Assembly (NCBI GenBank): GCA_041615815.1 | Contig: JBFJCP010000016.1 | Location: 40,215 to 104,214, forward strand | Origin: Gemmatimonadales bacterium | Lineage (GTDB): Bacteria; Gemmatimonadota; Gemmatimonadetes; Gemmatimonadales; GWC2-71-9 | Reading direction: 5' to 3' | Length of the DNA: 64,000 nt | Program-made: the position numbers and the translations under genes | Shown: one piece after another, positions 28,011-37,325 of the stretch | How positions within the stretch are numbered: the stretch's first letter is position 1 | How the letters are laid out: each line of letters starts with the position of its first letter | The notes under the pieces: model-generated | What the model was told of the DNA's origin: nothing | Seen by the model: the letters and a program-made list of their open reading frames with translations, nothing else | Database searches by the model: none

Positions 28011-29906
28011 ATGGCCGGGACTGCTCGCCGCCCCTCGCGTAAGGACTCCGCCAAAGCCCGTCATCCCACGCGCGGACGTTTGGCCCGGAGTATCGTGGCC
28101 AGTTCCCCTGATGCCATCATCGTCACGGGAATGGACCGCCGAGTGCTGGATGCCAACGACGCAGCAGCAGAGTTGTTTGGCCGAGCCCTCGAGGATCTGA
28201 TTGGTGCCGAGGTCGATGGGCTGGTGATCGAGGAGGAACGCGGGGTCGTCGCGCGTCACGAACGCGAAGCGCTCCGCGGCTTCCCACAGCGATACGAGAC
28301 CAGAATTCTCGTGGGTGACCGGACCCAGCGGACCGTGGCGGTCGCCTCCGCAGCGCTGCAGGAAGATGATGAAGTCGTCGGAACCGCAGCCACCTTGCGG
28401 GACATTACCGATGACCATCTTGCATACGAGAAGATCGCCCGATCCGAGAAACGATATCGGAGTCTGATCGAGTCGGCGAGCGACGCGATCGTGACCCTCG
28501 ATGGTGCGGGCCGGTTCACCACCGCCAATCAAGCCGCTGCCGACATCTCGGGCTACGATCGAACCAAACTCGTCGGGCTATGGTTTGCCCCGATGGTCCC
28601 GGAAAGCGAGCTGCCCAAGGCACTCAAGGAGTTTCAAAAGGCCCTCGCCGGCGAAAGCGGCCAGTTCGAGACCGCGTTCTTTCGCAAAGACGGCGAAGTC
28701 CGATACATCTCCACCACGTACTCCTGCACGCGTCCGGGCGAAGAGGTGTTGTGCCTCATCCGTGATGTGACGGAAGAACGCCAGCTCCAGGAGCAGTTGA
28801 TTCAGTCCGAGAAGATGGCCGCAATCGGCCAGTTGGTCAGCGGCGTTGCCCACGAGCTCAACAACCCGCTGGCGAGTGTATCGGCCTTTGCGCAACTGAT
28901 GCTAGCTGACCCGAAGCTATCGCAAGAAGGCCGGCAATCCGCGGAGATCATTTCGAAAGAGTCGCAACGCGCGGCTCGAATCGTCAACAACCTGCTCACG
29001 TTCGCTCGCCAACACAGCGCGGAGAAGGTGTCCGCCGATATCAACAAAGTGCTGGACGACACCCTCGAGTTGCGAGCATATGAACTCAAGGTGCGCGGTA
29101 TCGACCTCGTGCGAGATTACGATGAGGCCGTGCCGCTTACGATGGCGGACGTGTATCAGCTCCAGCAGGTCTTTCTCAATCTGATCACCAACGCCGAACA
29201 TGCCATGGAAGCCACGGACAGGCAGCGTCATCGGCTGACGGTACAAACGCGGGTGCACGAGCACACGATCCGCGTGACGATTCAGGACACCGGGAGCGGC
29301 ATTCCTGCAGGGTCGCTCGAGCGCATCTTCAACCCCTTCTACACGACCAAACCCACCGGAGCCGGCACGGGATTGGGGCTCTCGATCTCCCTGGGAATCG
29401 TCAGCGAGCACGGGGGACGGATTTGGGCCGACAACGGCCTCAAGGGGGGTGCGCGATTCTACGTCGAGTTGCCGATCGTGCAGCCTTCGTACGAGGATCT
29501 CCACCAGGAGAATCCGAGCATCACCGTATCGGTCCCGGGCCTTCGCGTCCTCGTCGTCGATGACGAGGAGCCGCTCCGCATCGCGCTCGAGCGCTTTCTC
29601 AGCGGCGAGGGCCATTCGGTACACGCGACGGGGAGTGGAACGGACGCGCTGGAGTGTGTGGCCACGCAAACGTTCGATGCGGTGATCCTGGACATGCGGA
29701 TGCCCGACATGTCGGGAAAACAATTCTTCGAGCGGCTACGCGAACGATGTCCCGAGCTCGCGTGCAGAGTCATTTTCACCACGGGCGACACGGTGAGCAC
29801 GGAGCTGCGGACGTTTCTCCAGCAATCCGGCCAGCCGTTTGTGGCCAAGCCGTTCAAATTCGAAGATATCGTTCAGGTGTTGCCGCGAGTATCAGCCGCC
29901 GCCTGA
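28011..29906 (+). CDS. Cytoplasmic hybrid sensor histidine kinase PAS-PAS-HisKA-HATPase-REC
   Basis: Two PAS domains (SPDAII...RDIT; ASDAIV...RDVT), GVAHELNNPL, NLITNA, DTGSG, GTGLGL, REC DMRMP; no TM; ATG 5 bp after the undA-like stop. Confidence 0.93.
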   Translation: MAGTARRPSRKDSAKARHPTRGRLARSIVASSPDAIIVTGMDRRVLDANDAAAELFGRALEDLIGAEVDGLVIEEERGVVARHEREALRGFPQRYETRILVGDRTQRTVAVASAALQEDDEVVGTAATLRDITDDHLAYEKIARSEKRYRSLIESASDAIVTLDGAGRFTTANQAAADISGYDRTKLVGLWFAPMVPESELPKALKEFQKALAGESGQFETAFFRKDGEVRYISTTYSCTRPGEEVLCLIRDVTEERQLQEQLIQSEKMAAIGQLVSGVAHELNNPLASVSAFAQLMLADPKLSQEGRQSAEIISKESQRAARIVNNLLTFARQHSAEKVSADINKVLDDTLELRAYELKVRGIDLVRDYDEAVPLTMADVYQLQQVFLNLITNAEHAMEATDRQRHRLTVQTRVHEHTIRVTIQDTGSGIPAGSLERIFNPFYTTKPTGAGTGLGLSISLGIVSEHGGRIWADNGLKGGARFYVELPIVQPSYEDLHQENPSITVSVPGLRVLVVDDEEPLRIALERFLSGEGHSVHATGSGTDALECVATQTFDAVILDMRMPDMSGKQFFERLRERCPELACRVIFTTGDTVSTELRTFLQQSGQPFVAKPFKFEDIVQVLPRVSAAA

Positions 29907-29923
29907 ACGACCGGTCCACCATA

Positions 29924-29968
29924 CCCCGGGGAGGCCCTCTCGACGGCAGTCGCCGCGCCTCTCCGGGG
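29924..29968. terminator. Hairpin between convergent kinase and HD-GYP genes
   Basis: CCCCGGGGAGGC...GCCTCTCCGGGG stem with inner CGAC-GGCA-GTCG. Confidence 0.45.
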
Positions 29969-30060
29969 ATCCCCCTTCCTCAGGCTCGATCAACCTCCGC
30001 GTCTTTCAACCTTCCCTCGGTCCGACGTTTTCCTTTCCGACCTTCCCACTTGCTGACGTT

Positions 30061-31143
30061 CTAACTGACCCCCACACCGGCGATCCCGCCGGGCACCGAT
30101 CGGCGTGGCTTGGCCGGCGCCTCGATGGGGAGTCCCTGGAGACCTGGATAGGCGTCCAGAAAGGCAGCCACGACCGTGGCATCGAATTGCGCCCCAGCCT
30201 GAGCGCGCAGTTCGGCGACGGCGTCCGCCGGGGGGACCGCGGGCCGATAGGGCCGACCCGAGGTCATCGCATCGAAGCTATCGCACACCGTGACGATCCG
30301 GGCATGCAGCGGAATGGCGTCGCCGAGGAGTCCATCGGGGAAACCACGGCCATCCATCCGCTCGTGATGCGAGCGCACAATGGCCAGGGCCGCGGGCGCA
30401 TTCTTGAACAATGGCGCGAGAATGCGTTCGCCGATAACGGTGTGTTGCGTGAGGTGCTCATATTCTCGATCGGTGAGCCGCCCGGGCTTGAGAAGGACAG
30501 CTTCACGCACGCCGATCTTGCCGACATCGTGGAGCTCGGCACCGAGCTCGATGAGCTCCACATCCAGCTCGCTCAAGCGCAGGGCCCGGGCCGTCTGGCC
30601 CGCATAGGCGCTCACGCGCGCCGAATGGCCGCGGGTGTAGGGATCTTTCGCTTCGAGCGCATCGACGACCGCCTGAACCCCTTCGAGAAACAACTCCTCG
30701 ATCCGTCGGGCTTGCTGCTCGACGAGTTCGGTCAAGTGGCGTTGGTAGCGGCGATTCTCCACCACGAGGCGGCGCCGTTCGAGCGCGTGGGCGATCCGCG
30801 CACGCACCTCTTCGATCTGGAACGGTTTCGTGATGTAGTCCATGGCCCCGCGCCGCAGGCAGGCAACGGCGGTCTCGAGTTCGGCCACCACCGTTACGAG
30901 AATCACCGCAACATCGGGCCACCGCTTGTGGATCAGGGTCAGGAGAGTCGCTCCGTCCAGATGCGGCATCCGCAGGTCGGTGAGCACCATCTCCACCGCC
31001 CGCCGCTCCAACACTTCCAGCGCTTCCGCCCCCGAGGCGGCCTCGAGACAGCGATACCCCGCCCCGCCCAGCACACGCACGAGCGAGCGCCGCAGATCAG
31101 GTTCGTCATCGACGACCAGACAGGTGATATCGGGCTGGAGCAT
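30061..31143 (-). CDS. Response regulator REC + HD-GYP cyclic di-GMP phosphodiesterase (RpfG-like)
   Basis: REC LVVDDE/TDLRMP/KP; YTRGHS, HDVGKIG, HHERMDGRGFP. Confidence 0.93.
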   Translation of the reverse strand: MLQPDITCLVVDDEPDLRRSLVRVLGGAGYRCLEAASGAEALEVLERRAVEMVLTDLRMPHLDGATLLTLIHKRWPDVAVILVTVVAELETAVACLRRGAMDYITKPFQIEEVRARIAHALERRRLVVENRRYQRHLTELVEQQARRIEELFLEGVQAVVDALEAKDPYTRGHSARVSAYAGQTARALRLSELDVELIELGAELHDVGKIGVREAVLLKPGRLTDREYEHLTQHTVIGERILAPLFKNAPAALAIVRSHHERMDGRGFPDGLLGDAIPLHARIVTVCDSFDAMTSGRPYRPAVPPADAVAELRAQAGAQFDATVVAAFLDAYPGLQGLPIEAPAKPRRSVPGGIAGVGVS

Positions 31144-31246
31144 CGCCTCAGGATAGGAGGGGGCGGGTTCGTATTGCTGTGCGGTCTTTCACAAGAGCCC
31201 CCAACCCCCCGGGGGGGCGGCCCTCGCCCAGGCCGCGGCCCCGAGT

Positions 31247-33049
31247 ATGTTTGGTGCCGTGTCCTCCACCTCCCGCATTGCCGCGCGCCAGCGGGCATTC
31301 GCGGCCTATCTGAGTCGACGGGCCGACGCGGTACTGGCCTACCTGACCCAGCGCGGCATCGACGAGACGACCCTCCTCCTCGGGTTCGCCGTCGCCATTG
31401 GCACCGCCGTCGGCCTGGCCGTGATCGTGTTCTACAAGTTGATCGATCTGGCCCAGGCGGCTGCTCTGCGCGTCGCAGCGGGGCTGACGGGCCTCGGGAG
31501 CCTCTCCATCGTTCTGGTGGTGCTCGTCGGGATCGTGCTCACCCGTCTCCTCATCCGCTACGGCGCCGGCGATTCCGACGGCGAGAACGTGGCCGACGTG
31601 ATGCGGGCCGTGGCCAAGCGGGGGGGCGTCATCGACGCCTGGCGCGTAGGCGTCAAGACCGCCGGGGCCGCGGTGGTCATCGGTACGGGGGGATCGGTGG
31701 GGGCCGAGGGACCAGTCGCCGTGGCCGGGTCCGCCCTGGGCTCTCGGATTGGCCGGTTCTTTCGCTCCGGGCCCGGCCGGCTCAGACTCCTCGTCGCATG
31801 CGGCGCTGCTGCGGGAATCTCTGCCGCCTTCAACGCACCCATTGCCGGCGTCTTTTTCGCCTTGGAGAAGGTGATCGGCACCTTCGGCGTGCATGCCTTT
31901 CCGCCCATTCTGGTGGCGTCCGTCATCTCGGCCGTGATTTCCCGAAGCGCCTTCGGCGCCACGCCGGTCATTGAGATTCCCATGGAGTACGGGGTAGGGT
32001 CCCCGAGCGAGTTCGCGCTCTACGCCCTCCTCGGCATCGCCACCGGTGTCGTGGCGGTCGGGTATACCAAAATCGTCCACGGAACCAATGATGTGTTCAA
32101 CCGATTCGGTGCCCTGTGGCAGCGTCTGCTGCTGGCGGGGTTGGTGGTGGGCGGCCTCGACTGGTTTTTCCGCGACGACTTATGGGGCCGCGGCCACGAA
32201 ACGTTGACCATCGAGATCATCGGGACGCGGCCGGCCCTGTTCCTCTTGGCCCTCGCGCTGGGAAAGCTCGTGGCCACGGCCGTGACCATGGCGGCGGTGC
32301 GGTGCGGCGGCGTGTTCACCCCGGCGTTGTTCATCGGTGCCACGCTCGGTGGTGGCCTTGCCGTAGGCACCGAGCTCGTGGTTCCGGGACTCGATCTCGT
32401 GCCCGAAGCGTGGGCCTTGGTCGGGATGGCGGGGCTCGTGGCCGGCAGCACGCACGCGCCGCTCACGGCCATCATGATCGTGTTCGAAATGACGAGCGAC
32501 TACGCCTTGATTCTCCCGCTGATGCTCTGCGGGGCCATTGCGTACATCACGGCGCGGCGACTCCACCCTCACTCGATCTATTCCGAGTGGCTGGTGCGGC
32601 GTGGTGAGACTATCGAATCGGGCCGCGATACGGCCGTGCTCGAGCGCTTGACGGTTCGCGAATCGTACAACCAGAACCCTCACACCATTCACGAGGGTGC
32701 GGACGTGAGTCACATCGTCGCCGCAATTGGCGCGAGCTCACAGACGGAGTTCCCCGTGGTGGACGACGAGCGGAACCTGGTGGGCATGATCTCGTACGAC
32801 GACCTCCGGGCAGTGCTCAGCGATACGGATCGTTATGCGCCGATCATCCTGGCCGGGGACTTAGCGAGTCGACCGTACGAAACCGTCGTCCCGAGCGACA
32901 CGCTCCGTGCGGCCCTACAGCGGCTGGAGGTACGTGGCAGCCACTACCTGCCGGTGGTAGAGGACGGGAACGGGCAACGCCTGCTGGGTCTCATTGGCCG
33001 GCAGAACATCTTGGCGGCCTACGACCGAGCGTTGCTCAGGCCGGATTAG
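31247..33049 (+). CDS. ClC chloride channel / H+ antiporter with CBS domains
   Basis: GSVGAEGP, AAFNAPIAG, GGVFTP, SIY motifs; C-terminal CBS pair. Confidence 0.92.
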   Translation: MFGAVSSTSRIAARQRAFAAYLSRRADAVLAYLTQRGIDETTLLLGFAVAIGTAVGLAVIVFYKLIDLAQAAALRVAAGLTGLGSLSIVLVVLVGIVLTRLLIRYGAGDSDGENVADVMRAVAKRGGVIDAWRVGVKTAGAAVVIGTGGSVGAEGPVAVAGSALGSRIGRFFRSGPGRLRLLVACGAAAGISAAFNAPIAGVFFALEKVIGTFGVHAFPPILVASVISAVISRSAFGATPVIEIPMEYGVGSPSEFALYALLGIATGVVAVGYTKIVHGTNDVFNRFGALWQRLLLAGLVVGGLDWFFRDDLWGRGHETLTIEIIGTRPALFLLALALGKLVATAVTMAAVRCGGVFTPALFIGATLGGGLAVGTELVVPGLDLVPEAWALVGMAGLVAGSTHAPLTAIMIVFEMTSDYALILPLMLCGAIAYITARRLHPHSIYSEWLVRRGETIESGRDTAVLERLTVRESYNQNPHTIHEGADVSHIVAAIGASSQTEFPVVDDERNLVGMISYDDLRAVLSDTDRYAPIILAGDLASRPYETVVPSDTLRAALQRLEVRGSHYLPVVEDGNGQRLLGLIGRQNILAAYDRALLRPD

Positions 33050-33629
33050 CGGGACCCGGTGAGCGCTCCAGCCGCTCGAGGATGAAAAACGACATCTGCC
33101 AGCGGAACGGCCCGAGCGACACGTAGGCCTTGCCGAGGAGGAGATCGGGGTTGTCGTAGTCCGGGTACACGAGGTAGTCGCGACGGAACTGGCGCGCATC
33201 GTACCACGGGTTGTCCGCCCGTCCATAGTGGAGCAGCGCCGCCCGAGGAAACTCTCCCCACCCGGGACTCACGGGAGCCGCCTGCACCACGAAGAGACCT
33301 TCGATGACCTCGCGCCCGCCCCGCCGACGAGGCGTGTACAACTCCTCGGGCCCATTCTGCTCCACCCGGACGGTGTGACCGCCAAGGACCGAGCCGTACC
33401 CCAATTCCAGTTGGTAGAACGTGGTGATGAATTTCCGACGCCTGAGGACTCGGGGAAGCAACCCTGTATGGAGCCCACGAAATCGCCATCCCGCAAGTGC
33501 CTCCCCCGGTGGCCGGCGCCCATCCTGCACGAGCTCGTCCAGCGTGGCCGGGGCCGCGGTCCACAGCTTGAGGGCTCGGGCGCTCGCGGTGGGTGACGGC
33601 CGAAACGTCGAGAGGTGTCGTGCCTTCAC
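33036..33629 (-). CDS. Hypothetical protein, co-oriented with the GMC fusion
   Basis: WRFRG...KF, ALLHYG, RDYLVYP...LLLGKAY, FFILER conserved-looking motifs. Confidence 0.7.
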   Translation of the reverse strand: MKARHLSTFRPSPTASARALKLWTAAPATLDELVQDGRRPPGEALAGWRFRGLHTGLLPRVLRRRKFITTFYQLELGYGSVLGGHTVRVEQNGPEELYTPRRRGGREVIEGLFVVQAAPVSPGWGEFPRAALLHYGRADNPWYDARQFRRDYLVYPDYDNPDLLLGKAYVSLGPFRWQMSFFILERLERSPGPANPA

Positions 33630-33648
33630 GTCGCGATCGGCGACGGGC

Positions 33649-36600
33649 TCACGATCCCTGCTCGATCGAGGTGTGCCACGCGTAATCAGCCAACGCCATG
33701 ACGGAGAGCTGCGGGTTCACCCGCACCGTGGTCGGAAAGATGCTCGCGTCGCACACGAACAGGTTGTCGTATCCGTGGACCCGAAACGTGCTGTCCACCA
33801 CACCGATGCGGGGATCGTCACTCATCGGGTTGCCGCCCTGAGGATGTGACGAAGTGAGCTTGAGGTCGTCGGGTCGCCGGATGTGGCGCTCCAGGAAACG
33901 CCCGATCTTTCCCGGGTTGATGCGCCCCCGCTGCGCGTAGTCGCGAGCCGAAAGCTCCATGTCGCCGACTCCGGGCACGTACACGGCCTCGGCGCCGGCA
34001 GCGAAATACGTCTGGGCCAGCATACCCAGTCCCCGTCGCATGGTGGCAAGGTCCTCCTGCGTCATCCGATAGGCAACCGGCCCGAACCAGTCCCGCAGCG
34101 GGGACCATCGTTTGACTCGCCCGTTGGGAGCCGTGCCGATCAGGACACCCGCCGCGGCAAACCGGGGGTACATGCGCATCCGCTCGAAGTGGGTGGCGAA
34201 CCATCCGGGCAGCGCGGCGGCGAATGCCATTGGCGGGAGGAAGTCGCTCTCCAGGAGGTATTCTCCCGAATCCACGAACGCCCCCATTTGGACACCGTCG
34301 AACCCATGCACGGTCTTTGGAAACCGGGCGGGCATGGCCACGCCCGCATTGAAGGAAAAGCGGCGTCCCACCGGACCAACGACGCCGCTCTTCATCAAGA
34401 GCACACTGGACCCGATGGCGCCACCGGCCAGGACTATCTGCTTGGCCCGAACCGATAGATGTCTCCCATCCACGTGGACCGCGCGTACGGCGCGAGCGTT
34501 GGCCCGCGACAGGTCGAGGCGCACGGCGTGACACCCCGGGACGACCCGCGCCCCACACCTGATGGCATCGGTGATGAAGGTCTCGAGCATCGAGTACTTG
34601 CGTTCATAGGGGCACCCGAAGTTGCAGTATCCGCACCCGGCACACTGATGGTAGTTCTTCCGAAACAGATTGGCCGTAAACGTCCGATCGCCCATCCCGG
34701 CATCGAGGAGGCGTTGCCACCCGTCCAACAGCACACGGCCGTTCTCACCGGCCAACTCCGGGGTGATTCGTTGAACACAGAGCCGCCGTTCCACCCGCTC
34801 GAATGCGTCGCGGAGCCGCGCGCGATCCACCAATGCGCCGAGGTCACGCCAGTCGTCGAGCGTGTCCGGGCCCCCGGGACGCCGCAGATCCGGATCATCG
34901 ACCATGCGAAAACAGACCGCGTTGCTGATGACCGTCGACCCACCCAGGCACCGTCCCTGGAGGATGGTTCTGTCGAAATCGACGGTCGTCTGCAATCCGT
35001 CTTCCTTGTACAGCCCCGCAACCATGCGTCCTTCGTCATGACTGATCTCGCTGGCATGCACGTACCGCCCCTCTTCGAGCAGCACCACGTCTCGGCCCGC
35101 GGCAGCAGCATGAGCGGCCACGACGGCACCACCGGCCCCGGAACCGATGACGCAGAGGTCGCACACGATCGCTTCGCTGACGGGATCCTCGAGTCGGAGC
35201 CGCGAAAGCCCCAAGCGGTCGGGTCGACCGGTGCGGTGGCGCGTGCGCGTGCCCATCGGCTCGAACCCGACGCTCGCATGCACACGTTGGTCACCGTAGT
35301 ACCCTGCCAGCACGAGCGCGCGGATCTTTGCGAGATCGCGACCCGGCCCCCACGGTCTACGCCGCGCCAGTCGCCGCTGCAGCAGCCGCCGTCTCGCCGT
35401 GATGTCCATCCGGGAGAACGGCCGAGGGATGGGTAGTGGCAGGAGGTACTCGATGACAAACAACGCGAGCCTCAGGCGACGTGCACGTTTGGAACGGATG
35501 CGCGCGAGTTGCTGCTCGACATTGGAGGCAATCTCCTGCGCGGTGAGCACTTCCTGTTCGCCTTCAATGAAGACTTCGGCAAACTTTTCGACGGTCCGCC
35601 GCTCGCGCCGAGAGAGAAAGGTACGCGGCTTACGCAGGCTTCGAGGCTGCAGAATCACACTTGGAACGGGTTCGTTTCGCTCATCGTCCCACTCGAGGAA
35701 ACTGAGGTCGTACTCCTCATCAATCCGCTCGAAGTGCAGGAAGGTGTATCGCACCTGACCGGTGAGGTCGGGACGGTCTTCCTGCCAGAGTGGGGTCCAC
35801 GTCCCGGCGTTGACGTAGAGCACCTGGCTTTGACCGACGGATGGGAGCAGCTGCACGTCGGGGCGATGGGTGTGGCCCAGCACGCCGTAAACACGCCTTG
35901 CGGATACGGGAAACTCGAGCCGCTCCACGGCGGTGTAGACGCGCTCGGCAAACAGGTCCTCGCCCATCAACGGTTTGCGGCCCGGAATCGCATCGCGGAG
36001 GACATTCGTGGCATACACCACCGCCGGTCCAAGTAGCGCCAGGGCCAGAATGGTCTCGATCGGCATGCTGTGCCAGCCAGGGCCGAGGAGTGCGACCAGC
36101 AGCAGGAGGAGAATGAGACCGGCCGCGAGGAACGGGACGGCCAACGATCCGAAAAACAGGACGAATGCCCAACGCTCGCGACGCCACTCGGACTTGGTGA
36201 CCTTGCGGAGCAACGGGATACCCCGCCGGAGGAGCTGCGGGGCCTTCAGCGGATGGCGGCGAACGACGGCCCACAACAGCCGCTGCACGGGTTTGATGTT
36301 GTCGAGGAACGGCTCCAGACCGGCCAACGTGTTGATGATGTACCGGTGTACGAACGTCGCGAGCGGCAACCGCAGTTCGGTGCCTCCTTCGAGCGTCGGC
36401 GCACCTTTGACCTGCGAGACGGCATCGAAGCGATGGCCGTGCTCGATGTGCACGTTGTCGACATCCAACCCATGGTCAGCGAAGCGGACATTGTGCTGCA
36501 CGTCGGCCTCGCGATGGGAACGGGCGATGGCCCGTCGAATGCCTTCTTGCACGAGAGGCCAGTGAAGCTCGAGATCGTGATTCCCATGCACGAACGTCAC

Positions 36601-37089
36601 GCGCCCACCACGGTGCACCCACCAACCCAGCGCGTCGAAAAAGGCCCGATGCCCCTGGGCGACGAGCATCAACTTCCAGAGGGACTTGTAGTCGTGGGTC
36701 CGGAGACCAAACTGGCGCTCCCACGGTGACACCGCGGCTTCGAGCTCGGCGGCGCTGCGCTCGACCCCCAGGGCGCTGAGCTTGTGGCTCCAGTCCTCGA
36801 ACTCCGCCCGCTCGGCGGGACAGCGCGTGACACGAACGAAGTCGAAGGTATCCCCGTTCAGGACGAGGTGGGCCGGACCCGTCCGCCGTGGATCGTGGTA
36901 CTCGAGGAAGCGCTGAAACGCGCCATCCGCGAAGAACTTCTCCGCCTGCTGGTAGCGCCCGGTGCGCGGGTCTCGTCCGGCACCCAAATGGAGGTCGCTG
37001 ACGACGAGGAGCGTGCGAGCGGGAGGACTTACTCGCTCGTGCTCGGGTTGGTCGGCGCGCGCGCGGCTGCGTCTGAGTCCCTTGGTCAT
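33649..37089 (-). CDS. Calcineurin-like metallophosphoesterase (with 2 TM) fused to a GMC oxidoreductase (long-chain alcohol oxidase-like)
   Basis: SDLHLG, NGDTFD, GNHD, EHGH, GHTH; then IGSGAGG, GGSTVISN, CAGCGYCNFGC, SSHPQGG, DASIFP...NPQ. Confidence 0.88.
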   Translation of the reverse strand: MTKGLRRSRARADQPEHERVSPPARTLLVVSDLHLGAGRDPRTGRYQQAEKFFADGAFQRFLEYHDPRRTGPAHLVLNGDTFDFVRVTRCPAERAEFEDWSHKLSALGVERSAAELEAAVSPWERQFGLRTHDYKSLWKLMLVAQGHRAFFDALGWWVHRGGRVTFVHGNHDLELHWPLVQEGIRRAIARSHREADVQHNVRFADHGLDVDNVHIEHGHRFDAVSQVKGAPTLEGGTELRLPLATFVHRYIINTLAGLEPFLDNIKPVQRLLWAVVRRHPLKAPQLLRRGIPLLRKVTKSEWRRERWAFVLFFGSLAVPFLAAGLILLLLLVALLGPGWHSMPIETILALALLGPAVVYATNVLRDAIPGRKPLMGEDLFAERVYTAVERLEFPVSARRVYGVLGHTHRPDVQLLPSVGQSQVLYVNAGTWTPLWQEDRPDLTGQVRYTFLHFERIDEEYDLSFLEWDDERNEPVPSVILQPRSLRKPRTFLSRRERRTVEKFAEVFIEGEQEVLTAQEIASNVEQQLARIRSKRARRLRLALFVIEYLLPLPIPRPFSRMDITARRRLLQRRLARRRPWGPGRDLAKIRALVLAGYYGDQRVHASVGFEPMGTRTRHRTGRPDRLGLSRLRLEDPVSEAIVCDLCVIGSGAGGAVVAAHAAAAGRDVVLLEEGRYVHASEISHDEGRMVAGLYKEDGLQTTVDFDRTILQGRCLGGSTVISNAVCFRMVDDPDLRRPGGPDTLDDWRDLGALVDRARLRDAFERVERRLCVQRITPELAGENGRVLLDGWQRLLDAGMGDRTFTANLFRKNYHQCAGCGYCNFGCPYERKYSMLETFITDAIRCGARVVPGCHAVRLDLSRANARAVRAVHVDGRHLSVRAKQIVLAGGAIGSSVLLMKSGVVGPVGRRFSFNAGVAMPARFPKTVHGFDGVQMGAFVDSGEYLLESDFLPPMAFAAALPGWFATHFERMRMYPRFAAAGVLIGTAPNGRVKRWSPLRDWFGPVAYRMTQEDLATMRRGLGMLAQTYFAAGAEAVYVPGVGDMELSARDYAQRGRINPGKIGRFLERHIRRPDDLKLTSSHPQGGNPMSDDPRIGVVDSTFRVHGYDNLFVCDASIFPTTVRVNPQLSVMALADYAWHTSIEQGS

Positions 37090-37266
37090 ACCGAGGATCC
37101 GAGGGCGTCTCTTCCGGCGTTTCGGGGCTCAAGGGAACGGCCTGGGGGTGGGCGCGCTTCCCAGACCGGGCTCATGTGTGTCTAGGATCCCGAGGGGTAC
37201 GTGCGGGTATCCGAGCCTGTAAAATGCAGAGTCGGCGGCGGTCGGGCCAGCCGGCTGCCAGATTCG

Positions 37267-37295
37267 TTGACATCGTTCGGCCGGACCTATAGCCT
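37267..37295 (+). promoter_or_regulatory. Putative sigma70 promoter of fadL operon
   Basis: TTGACA, 17 bp spacer, TAGCCT. Confidence 0.55.
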
Positions 37296-37325
37296 CATAC
37301 TGCTTACAAACGAAGGGGATAGGAC

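Noticed and set aside
29839..31974. 711-aa plus-strand ORF and other long antisense ORFs (24702-26024, 38927-40411, 51306-54218)
   Set aside because: Shadow frames of well-supported opposite-strand genes in high-GC DNA; no motifs
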